Assembly: GCA_049999805.1 (NCBI GenBank)
Contig: JBNGIO010006136.1
Coordinates: 134,929-171,653 of the forward strand
DNA from: Folioceros fuciformis
Taxonomy: Eukaryota
Reading direction: 5' to 3'
Length of the DNA stretch: 36,725 bases
The stretch's first letter is position 1. Each line of letters starts with the position of its first letter. Both the position numbers and the translations under genes were made by a program. The notes beneath the pieces are model-generated. The model saw only the letters and a list, made by a program, of their open reading frames with translations. It was not told the origin of the DNA and searched no databases. Below, piece by piece: positions 13,101 to 24,711 of this stretch.

Positions 13101-13677
13101 AGACCCCTCTTCTTCAAGTTGGTTGCGTTTCACATGCAGTCCCGTGTGAGCTTTTTGATGATGTACACCGCAGCACGTTTAGGGTTTAGGTGTACATCTG
13201 CTTGGCCAACTTTGTGCTCTGCTGGCAGATTGTGGGGAATTCTTATGGTCTGTGTTGAGTTGTACTTGGTATTTTGGTTTCTGGCACAGGCAAAATCTGC
13301 AGAACAAGAAGACGACGATGACTCTGACGACGAGTTTACAGACGATGAAGAGTTCCAAGCACCTATAGATAGCGTCGACCCGTTTGTTTTTTTTGCAGAC
13401 ATCATGAGAGGTATGTTGGCATGTGGTCGCTTTGCATGGTACAGATGAACCCCGTGATTGTATTGCGATTTGTGGTAAGATCCGATGTGCGTGCCCCTTG
13501 GTATGTGCAGATATGTCAGCAAGGGACCCTATGAGGTTTCAGCTTCTCACTAGTTCACTAGATTTTCAACAGCAAGCCGTCGCTCATGCAATTTCACAAC
13601 ATGCTGAGCTGAGACGGCAGCAATTGGAGAAGGAAAGAGAGGAGGCAGCAGCAGCAGATAGTGTGGCCTCGTTGTGA
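7187..13677 (+). CDS. SAD2: Importin-beta-like SAD2 (importin-7/8 family), about 22 exons
   Basis: Exon 1 (7187-7276) [30 protein letters not shown] splices to 7952 [15 protein letters not shown]...[12 protein letters not shown] (IBN_N domain). Further motifs: [68 protein letters not shown], an acidic C-terminal tail and [10 protein letters not shown]. Stop TGA at 13675-13677. Confidence 0.95.
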
Positions 13678-13935
13678 CACAACCTCATTGGAATCAATTT
13701 TCCATTTTTTTTCCTTCATATGTATGCTGTGATGGATAACATTATTGTTGTAGGAGACTTTAACCGAACGGCTTATCGGTTATAAAATTTGTGGCAATTG
13801 AATAAAGGGGTGTTCCTAAAGGTTAGAACACGCTGAGGATCTCCCCTGAAGAACTTAGCACGTGACAGCCAATTCGAACAGCACACTTTGTATAAATCGT
13901 TTGCGGGCTGTGTGGTCTCGGTGACAAAGCTTCGA

Positions 13936-14061
13936 AGCGTGTTAGAAGTTGGCCTGCACTTGTTTGGTAGAAGCATGTAAGCTAAAAGATCCTCATAGAG
14001 ATCCACAGCGTATTAGAAGTTAGACTGCACTTGTTTGATAGAGGTAGGAAGTAAGTTAAAG
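13936..14061. repeat. Imperfect direct repeat (period about 71 bp) downstream of SAD2
   Basis: agcgtgttagaagttggcctgcacttgtttggtagaag (13936) versus agcgtattagaagttagactgcacttgtttgatagagg (14007). Confidence 0.75.
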
Positions 14062-14703
14062 CCTATATATCTCAAATTCGTCAGGTTTTTGACGCATAAT
14101 CGTAGCTCGTTGTCAAACTTGGTACACTGTTGGGTACGTAACTACGAATTTTACCACACTGATAGAGTATATCGACGCGACGCTGTTTTTTGGAGCAAGA
14201 AGACAACCAAATCCAAAAATTTAGACTTTATAAGAATGTGGACTCCACATTTGTAATGTTCTCTGTACAAGGATCGCATCAGCAGAGCTCTGACTTGCCC
14301 GGCCTCCAAGTCCTAGAATTGAATGGATATGTGCCCACGTTGCCTAAATCGAAATGCTAACAGCCTAGGAAACGGTATCCTTTTGGTCTGCACCTTATGA
14401 TGTACACCCCTTTCATCCAACCGCCCGCTATGTTGTATATAATAGGAATGCTTTGGTGTCCAGGTTCATGCGTTCCCCATTGCAACCAGCAGAACCATAA
14501 ATTCGCTTGCTCTTAATGCTCAAAAAAATGATTGCTCAGCATCAAAGCGCATTGAAGACGAGAAACTTGAAATTCCCTTCATGCCAGCGCTAAGCCAGCC
14601 CGGTCCCATGCCTGACAACCAGGAAGTAGCTGCAGCAACCTCCACAACCCCCAGCCCCCCCCTCCCTCCTCCTCGCAGCCTTCCTATGAATCCAAGACCC
14701 ACT

Positions 14704-17700
14704 TCAAAGACCATAGTGCTTCTGAAGTACTTCAACCTGTTTTCTGTCACAGGCATCTAGTAAATCGGTTCTTGACGCACAGCTGCACATGTACCACAAA
14801 CAACCTCCATAAGATAGGATAAAGGAGCAAGGTAGCAAGTTGTTTCAGTGACCTAGATGGAAGAGCTCAAAACAAAAGTTCACCAGAAATACAACGGCAG
14901 ATATGGTGCATGGTGACTTTTAGATACTCATCAGGAAATAAGCAAACTCATGGCTGACCTTATGGACATCCTCAGATATTGCCAAGCATTGTCAGCCTTC
15001 GGATTCATCGACAGAGCTCTTACGTAATACTGGATGGAGTCCTCATACTGACCCTGCAAAGCGACAGCATGGACTCTGTTAGGGAAACAAAGCAATAACA
15101 CAGTTCCGTGCCCAAACTGTTGCTGTCAGGAGCTGCAAATGCTGGATACACAAACACTAACTGGAGGTTCACCTGGTTTGCAAATCCGATGCCCATATTT
15201 GCCCACGCACGAACATAATTTGGTTTTAATTCAAGCGCCTGGGCCATACAACAAATCAAATTCAGCATAGACAAAGCATGTGACTCACTCCAAGACGCCA
15301 GTGAGCTGACTTACCTGTTGATACGCAAATATGGCATCTGCACTTCGTGCACTGTTTGCCTGTGTGGCCCCAAGCTTATTCCAAAGTGAATAATCTTTTG
15401 GCTTCAACTTCAATGCCGTTTGAAAAGCATGTATGGCCTTCTCATATTCCCTTGAGAGGTTGTATAGTACTCCGAGAACAGTGTGCACATCCCCATCTTC
15501 TGGAGACAATGATGCTGCTCTATTAAAGAGTTCCACAACCTACACACGAGTGAAACTGCCTAACCTTCAGATACCCAGAGTAAACGCATCGTTCAAAACC
15601 GCATAACTGCAGTCCAAATCGTCCCTTCCTCAAATGATGGGAAAGAAGAAAGCTACGACAGCAGGAGAAGAACTAACAGGTCAATACTTGCCCCAATCAC
15701 CAATTAAGGCATGAAAGCAACCATTCCAAGAGTAAATCAGTTAGGACAAAAACCTCGGAATGACTTAAACGCTGTGCAGCATCGGGTTGAACCAGTTGAC
15801 TGTACTTCGAATTATTTTGCAACCAGCCCCGTAAGTACTGAAGGGCTTCTGCCTGCTCCAGCTCTGGTATATGACCACAGGCGATTCAGTAACAAGCTTT
15901 ACAGCTGACTAATCAAAGAACACATGAAACTGTTGACAACCTGAAAGGTTGCATACCTTGTGACCTCCCTTACAACCTAACAAAGTCTCCCCTCTTGTCA
16001 AAAAACTGTAAGGAGCTCAATATGTAATAACTACCAAAGTACCAGGGAGCTGTCAATATAAGAATCTGGTCATAGATTACCATTTGTGTGACTCACACCG
16101 AGTGCGAGCAGAACTTCAAGATTAGTCGGGTCTGCATTTTTGGCTTGAACCATAGAAGCAATGGCCTTCAACAATTCCGAATCAAACAAGTGAAAAGAAG
16201 ACAGCAAATGAGGAGATAGACAGAGACCGTGCGGCATCCAGCTTAGAAAGAACAGCAAACATCATGCCTGACTGATGGAAAAGAGGAAGCAGTTCACAGT
16301 ACTTACCTGGCGATCATCATCATTTTCAGCATGGGTGATACCGAGTAGCCTCCAAGCCTCAGAATTGTCAGGATTTCTCAAAACTTCAGCTTCAAGTGCA
16401 AGGACAGCTTCACTGAGCAATCCTCTTCGAAAAAGCTCTTGCCCTTCCCTCAACGGATTTGGATGCCCCACATACGGATTCTGATCAGCAAACCCATACA
16501 CAAACCTTGAAGAACTTCCTTGATTGTCTTTGAGCTTAAGCTGCTCTTCTACGAACCTGGAACACAGCAACATTGAAGCAAGGATCATAAAGAGCGCCCT
16601 GAGAAGATCTATAGTCCATACCAGCAGCAACTCTACTTTGGCTTGGCTACTTCCCAGGAACCTCAACAGTCAGATCTCATGCTTCTAGTGGAGCGTACTT
16701 GTCATATGTGTCCACCCAGCCTGATGCTGCATCAGGACCCAGGGAACCCTGAGCTAGTTGTTCACCAAACTCATCACCCCAGCTGCCACCAAACTCATCC
16801 CCCCAGCTGCGAAGTATCTGATCGTTGTCAGAGTTCTCAACTTGTAAGCTTCTTCCTTGCCTATTCTGGACAAAATCATCTACCCAAGTGTCTCCTCGAT
16901 GAGCATGCTGCGGAACAAAGCAAGGCAATCAGCTCTCACCACGGAACAATATTCCCTGCAGATGTCCAAGCAGTAGACTTCTGCCCAAGCAATAGACTTG
17001 GTAACATGCCCCTCCCCACTTCCATATACAGAAGGCGAACGCTAGCAGGATCACAAACATGAATACATGCTTACAGCAATTGGACTCTGGGAAAAATGTC
17101 CCATACAGTTTGATACACAGTTAACAAAGGGGTGAAAAACAAAGTTCAAATTCAAAATGAAGAGACTTCGACATCCAGCACAGCAAAACATTGAAGAACA
17201 CCACCGGAAGCAGTGTGACTAAGCAATCTGGACATACAAGGATCTCCAGCTAAGACATGCAATCAAATTGAGGAACGAGAAGTACCTCCCCTGCCCACGC
17301 AGAATCACCACTTGGAGAAATGCGTTCCAGAAACTCATTTGCCCAGCCGCCACCATCCACTCTGCTGTCTAATGAGTCAGTGATGCTGTCAAACATAAGT
17401 TCGCCTCTGCTCATCTTGGATACGAACTGTAGAAACTTTGAATTCTACAACCACAAATACAGTTCAGTAAGAGATGGCATCCATCCTTGCTTAAGAGTGC
17501 ACATGTAGTATATATTTGGTTCCAAAAAGCATTTCGCACCAGCTCAACGAGGCAGCATGTCAAAAGTCACAAACCTTGAACTTCGGATCCTGATTTTCAG
17601 ACAATGTACGAACCAGAGACGAGGTCTGGTTCAGAATTGATTGATTGTCAGAATCACTTTGAGTCATATGAACCCCTCTGACCATTTGTCCCCGGTTCTG

Positions 17701-19072
17701 ATCACAAAGCAACAGAATTATGTCCATCAGCCGTCATAGACTTGTCCAACGCCACTCCCATCCAGATTACTCCTTTTAGAGGGAATGTTGGGCTAAGAAC
17801 ATGGGCAAACCTGCTCATACTCAGCTGCCCACGAATCACTCTCCGGCAATTCGAATTCATCAGCCCACGTCTGACCCTCTGTGAGAGGATTGAAGCTGCT
17901 GGTACCAGCACCAGACCCATTATTTTCTTGTCTATTACCAGGCCATGATCCTTGAGCTTCCTTCCAATATTGATCAAACCCCAGAGGCTCAGCTCTTCTG
18001 GGACCATCCTCTATATCCAAAGAATGTAAAAGCGCTGAAACCTGCAGTTCTTCCCGTTAGACTCGCCTGAGATGCAGGAACGAGAAGTTTTGAACAACCC
18101 ACGTCAGGTATCACTTCAGAATTCCAGTTTGACGAGACTGCACACCTGAGCAGTAGCGAAGTCATCCCCTTTGTCAGCAAAGAAGTGTCTACCCATTATG
18201 CTGCTGCGGTCTCTGATACGTCGTTTGTCAGATTCTGACAGGCCCAGCTTCGGCATTCTGAAAGTCGGAAATGCAGCTTCTCCTCGACCACTCTCGAAAA
18301 ACGTGTGCAGGACTCCAGAGAGGGCAGACTGTGGATGCACTGCACATGTGCGAATTTCTTTCCAATCTTAACTAACAGAGACCGAAGGAGCATACAACTT
18401 GACATTTGACTTCGGACGACAAAATGCAGACCGGCCCCAAGTGAGAAGGTTGAAACAGAAGGGAGACTAGTACCTGGAGGACCCGCATCTTCATTGTAGA
18501 TGGCCTCGAACTCCCGAAGTCGATCCAGCTCAAAATTTCCTGACACAGACCGCATTTGTGCGGCGTTCGCTTCGTCCCACGCGTCATCAAACCCTCCATG
18601 CTCATTGTTGGAAAACTGACGCAGAAAATCTACCTGACGAATAGTTCCCAAGTTAGCAGCGGTGCGAAAGCGAAGTTACAATCTTCCAGAATCGAATCCC
18701 AGAGTACACGGGTGCGGGCACCACACACAACCTGTAGGTTGGACGGAGGCGCTTCCTGTTGTGCAAATTCTGATCCGGGTAAAGAGGCCAAGGGTCCACT
18801 GGGGCCAGCCAACTGCGGTGCACTCTGTCTCCCTGACGCTGTCAGACCTGAAAATTCCCTAACTATGTCCTGCCAACAAGCAAACAGACCACTGTGAGGC
18901 ACAGACGAAGCACCGACACAGAGAAGTAGACTGCAGGATCACCAACCTGCGACTTGGAGGCAGATCCCAGGAGCGAATCAGCCAAGCCACCTAAAGGGTT
19001 GGCTGCAGATGAAGCTCCATCAGTAGGCTGGCAGGAAGCACCGCCTCCGAGTATTAGGTCGCGCAACACCAT
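14704..19072 (-). CDS. PEX5: Peroxisomal PTS1 receptor PEX5, about 15 exons
   Basis: Plant-type N-terminus MVLRDLILGGGASC...NPLGGLADSLLG with the conserved Cys. WxxxF/Y motifs: WADEF, WAAEY, WANEF, WVDDF, WGDEF x2, WVDTY. PEX7-binding segment DPKFK|NSKFLQFVSKMSRGEL. TPRs: AVLALEAEVLRNPDNSEAWRLLGITHAENDDD, LWNKLGATQANS, LKPNYVRAWANMGI. The last exon (14782-14704) ends ...CDRKQVEVLQKHYGL*. Confidence 0.96.
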
Positions 19073-19277
19073 GGTCGCCGACGAATTGTTTCTGTGGGCA
19101 GAGGATCACTGAGAGCGGAGGAAAAGGAAAGGTGGTAGCTGATATATATCGAGCTACGGAACCAAGTAACCAGATCGTTGCCCCGTGGACGTAGATGTAG
19201 TTCCGTTCGAGTGCCTACAAAGCTTTTTATGAGTACATGATCATCACATTTTTTGCGTACCCTGGCCTGGATTGATG

Positions 19278-19286
19278 GCCACGTCA
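19278..19286 (-). promoter_or_regulatory. Candidate bZIP ACGT element (TGACGTGGC) upstream of PEX5
   Basis: gccacgtca on the + strand, about 210 bp upstream of the PEX5 ATG. A TATA-like gatatatatc lies at 19141-19150. Motif match only. Confidence 0.3.
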
Positions 19287-19752
19287 TCGCTTGATTCACA
19301 TTAAGAATATTGGAGATTTTGTAGACCTATATATAGTGTAGAACAAGCCTGGTGGGAAGGTTTCGCGGGAGAGGAGACAGAGCATAGCAAATTCTCGTCG
19401 TTGAATTTGGCCTCATTTTCTACAAATTCAATGTCCAAATTTCCGGAGTACCGTAGAGTACGGTACGCCTGTTTGGTACAGAAAAATGTTGCATACATTG
19501 ACGAACCGAGCGCGATACTAACAAACAAGAAAGAAACGTTGCTGCGAACTGCCAGTAGGCAGCAAATATAAATTGTGGCCGTTTGTCCCGTTGAGCGACA
19601 AGACCTGCTATGCCATTTCGCTCGCCTTCTGTTGCAGCTCTTGGCACTGTGTCACGTAGAAGCAAGCGAGATTAGCCCGAGAACTCGCTTGCTCTCCTCG
19701 GGGCGAGAGCGCGACAAATGAACAAGCAACTGGCACTACCGAGCCGCGCACA

Positions 19753-20560
19753 TCAAGCAGCCTTCTCTTTGTGCCCGGCGACAGGCTTGTTCAGCACGGC
19801 GAAGACGGAGGAGGCGAGCCAGGTTGCGAGCAGCGGAGTGATCCAGTATACGTAGTAGTGCTCCCAGTCCAAGTGGCGGCGCTTCAAGAAGGCCCAAGCG
19901 AAGGCATTGGCAGGGTTCATGGCAGGGCCGGTGTAAGCCTGCCCTAATCCCACCAGCACGATGGTGGCCACGACGATGATGGCGGTCTTGCCGTGCTCGT
20001 TCTTCGGGCCTTTGAAGACAGCGGCCAGTATCGCCAAGGTCATGAGGAAGGTGAGCCCGCCTTCGATCGCGGCTCCCGTGTGCAAGTCCACTTTCAGCTC
20101 TGGGCCCCCGAGGTAGTGCTGGTAGTGGTGCGGCGTGAATTCCCGTGCTGCCAAAGCTCCGCCTGCCGCTCCCACAGCCTGTCAACCACAGCAGTAGATG
20201 CTGAGCCACACGGCCATATGCTGCATGTCGCGTGAAGCGAGAGCCAACGCGGGTGCAAGGGTCCCTTACCTGAGCCGGGAAACGGACTGCGAAATCCAGA
20301 AGAGTCAGATTGCTGAGACCTACGGCCCAGAAGGCCAGCAGAGACGTCGGATTCCAGCTGGCGCCCTCCAGTTGCCGCCCCACGGCCGAGAAGATGGTGA
20401 TCAGCAAAAATATGATGAAGGCGACTAGAAAGACAGACGAGTTGGCAGACAAGCCTAGAGGCCTGGCCAGCCAGTCCACCACGGCGCCCAGCGGACCCGT
20501 GAAGAGAACCCACAGAAACGTCAGACCGGCGTCTGCCAGCGCTAACTTTACGAGCCCCAT
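19753..20560 (-). CDS. SIP1: Aquaporin, small basic intrinsic protein (SIP1-like), 2 exons (20560-20270, 20178-19753)
   Basis: MGLVKLALADAGLTFLWV, the SIP-typical GASWNPT first motif, RFPAQ|AVGAAGG, LGGPELKVDLHTGAAIEG, YTGPAMNPANAFAWA and YYVYWITP. One 91-nt GT-AG intron. The C-terminus is KEKAA*. Confidence 0.95.
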
Positions 20561-20917
20561 CGAGCAGAGGGAGGAAGCAATGTGCCAGGGCCTGTCAGGC
20601 GACGCACAGCAAAGTTCGATCTACATACACTGCTCGCACTGACCCCCTCTCTGGCTTATTAAACTTTGCATGGCTCAAGATGCATTGGTTATCACCCAAA
20701 CTCCAACTTCTAAACTGGTTCGTCTCGTAAAAGACACTCAACTTGAGATATCTTTATCCTAAGCCATGCACAGGTAGGTCGACATGAAGGGGTCGGGCAC
20801 AGCATGCTGATGGCGTGTGCGCGCGAGCCACAACACACCATCGCCATTGCCTAACATCAATGATCGGTTTACGATTGTAGAAAAGAATTATATACGCCCG
20901 AATTGCCCACAGCAGAA

Positions 20918-22372
<1,455 letters not shown>

Positions 22373-22504
22373 GCTGTCAAGGCTGGATGTGTGGATTCTG
22401 CGAGCGGCCACAACTGGGCCGCGTCTAACAAAGAAGGGAAGATACACCGGCAATCCGAGATTTTCAACTCTGCATTCAAACCCGACATGTAACCAGTCTG
22501 ATTC

Positions 22505-23497
22505 ATGGCATTCTGTTTCCGATTCTGCTTCCTCCTGCACACGGCGGCAGTTAACACTCTGCCAGGGTTGCGGGGCTCCTTTGGCCCTAGGGTGTGTAGA
22601 CGCTCGTTCGAGGTCCTTCCACAGTCGGCCAGCTGCCCGGAGAAAGGCGAATTCCCCTTTCCACCTAAGCGGAGACGAGCTCACGCAGGACACGGAAGGC
22701 TAGGTCATAGATACGACGCTCATCCAACCACGGGACATCCATCTTCAACGATGAAAAGCTCAGAGAACTCAGACCGCGCTGGCGTGGGTTGTGGCACTCT
22801 GTCTACTCCGGGAGCTCGGGTGTGGGAGATACCGATTGGTGGAGATCCAAGGTCAGCGCTCGGGCCAAACCCTGCTCGCTTTGTCTCGGCAACTGAAATC
22901 GGATCTGTAGGTGCTTTGTCCACTTGGCTGCACGAACGGCTTGCTTCCGAAGGGGCACATCTAGACTCATGGGGAACGGCTCCTGGTACGAAGAGCATGG
23001 CCAATCTTTGGGACGAGCTTGTGGCGGGAGAGACTTATTTGGAAGATGCGGCTCCACCCAGGCGCACGGTACATGTTGCCAGCGTTCACATACGGAATAA
23101 CGCAGGCCAATGCCTTATCGAATCTGGCCAAGAGATGGCTGATGGCAGAGTCCGTGACAGGAACAGGCCGCTCTCGGAGAAGATGAAACCGGGGGAGACA
23201 GTCGAAAAGGCTTGCTTCCGAGGCATCTACGAGGAGCTGGGCTGTCTAGCAGACAAGGTTGTCATCAGTTGGGACACATATACAAGGCAGGAAGAGGAGA
23301 GGGAATCGTTGTCATACCCTGGTCTCGTCACCCGATACGTCATTCACAGCGTGGTTGCCTTCGTGCATGATTTACCATCCCACGATTTCTGCACTCTGGA
23401 GGACGAACAAAGTCCTAGCTCTCCGAGCAGTGTGGAGCAAGCTGCATTAGGTGTCCGGAAACACTTCTGGAAGTGGATTCCGAGCGATATGACATAG
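22505..23497 (+). CDS. Intronless uncharacterised plant protein with a degenerate Nudix-hydrolase-like domain (start at 22505 or 22751)
   Basis: Uninterrupted ORF containing SWGTAPGTKSMANLWDELVAGE, QEMADGRVRDRNRPLSEKMKPGETVEKACFRGIYEELG (Nudix-box-like), EERESLSYPGLVTRY and RKHFWKW. Confidence 0.8.
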   Translation: MAFCFRFCFLLHTAAVNTLPGLRGSFGPRVCRRSFEVLPQSASCPEKGEFPFPPKRRRAHAGHGRLGHRYDAHPTTGHPSSTMKSSENSDRAGVGCGTLSTPGARVWEIPIGGDPRSALGPNPARFVSATEIGSVGALSTWLHERLASEGAHLDSWGTAPGTKSMANLWDELVAGETYLEDAAPPRRTVHVASVHIRNNAGQCLIESGQEMADGRVRDRNRPLSEKMKPGETVEKACFRGIYEELGCLADKVVISWDTYTRQEEERESLSYPGLVTRYVIHSVVAFVHDLPSHDFCTLEDEQSPSSPSSVEQAALGVRKHFWKWIPSDMT

Positions 23498-24247
23498 GTA
23501 GACAAAGCATTGGTAGAGCTAAGTGCACACCAACCGAGCTCCAGGTTCCTAAATAGTTGTGATAAAGTAGAGTTGTGAATCAGGCACTATAGTCCCTTAC
23601 ATGACAGCAGGTTGTGACGAAGTAGGGTTATTTTTGTTTATATTTTCAGTCTTCAAATACTAGGAAAAATTTTGCACATTCGCAACAGCTTGAAACTCAG
23701 GCGGCAAGTATGGATGACGGTTTGAAATTTTCTCTAGATTCTTTTGTCAATAAATCTAACATAACATATTGTGCAACCGAATCATGCCCAAAGCCATGCA
23801 TAGTTGTGCAAACTTCCCTTCTTTGTTTTGGCTTGCAGGTGAGCGAGTTTACCTCACTACATCTCCTACATGTATGTTATAGCATTGATAGGAGACATGC
23901 TCTTGAAGGGTAATGTCATATCATGCAAGATAAAGTGAATCAAGCAATATGCAAGCTGAAGAGGAGAGCATGGTGAAAAGGACAAGTGGGATCTCACAGA
24001 GAAGTAGCACTTGAACAAAAAGATAACCAACCAATGATCATTATAACAAGAAAAGATTATCAATAGTCATTGGAAAAAGACATAAGGATTTAGCTCTACT
24101 ATCTGCAAAGGGTGACAGGCATCTTGAAGAGGAAGAACGGCTTCGAGAACAAGAACAACTAATAATGATCAATTCAAGTTAGAAACAATTCATCCTTGAC
24201 TATTGAGTTATTTATAGAACACGAGTTGCTTGAAGGGGAGGAGCACC

Positions 24248-24370
24248 ATATGCTTAGTTCATAAGAGATTCTTGTACTTGGAAATTGAAAGAGGAAGAGT
24301 AACAATATGCTTAGTCCATAAGACCATAGGAGTTCCTCGTACTTGAAAATTGAAAGAGGAAGAGTAACAT
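24248..24370. repeat. Imperfect ~60-bp tandem duplication inside the putative LTR
   Basis: atatgcttagt(t/c)cataaga...gtacttg(g/a)aaattgaaagaggaagagtaaca occurs twice. Confidence 0.85.
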
Positions 24371-24490
24371 ATAAACATTCGAATTCAAGAGAGGCAACTT
24401 CAAGGTTCAGTTGAGTTAACTAATAGCCTTAGGGTGGAACATGCACAACTAGAAAAGATTTAGATACAAGTGATTTCAGTAAATGGAAAC

Positions 24491-24550
24491 CTGTCTTGTC
24501 TTGTCTTGTCTTGTCTTGTCTTGTCTTGTCTTGTCTTGTCATGTCATGTC
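24491..24550. repeat. Pentanucleotide microsatellite (TTGTC)9 with flanking CTGTC and ATGTC x2
   Basis: Read directly from the sequence. Confidence 0.97.
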
Positions 24551-24711
24551 CTCATCCATTCCTAGAACATTTGTATCATCATTGAACATGTGCCCTAAGG
24601 CTTGAGTCTCACTTGTTGTCTCTTCCAAGTACCTCTAGGGTTTGAATGTCACTTGTTGTCTCTCTGTGATATACATCCTTACTCTAGGACAATTTCATTT
24701 GCCCCCAAGTC

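Noticed and set aside
16940..16955. Second possible PEX5 microexon (cag|GGAATATTGTTCCGTG|gtgag)
   Set aside because: At 16 nt it breaks the frame, and it would leave a downstream intron of only about 30 nt.
20345..20353. NPT instead of NPA in the aquaporin
   Set aside because: This is a normal feature of the SIP subfamily.
19736..20560. 274-aa unspliced SIP ORF with an Arg-rich tail
   Set aside because: It reads through the 91-nt intron into the wrong frame. Splicing restores the canonical second half with NPA.
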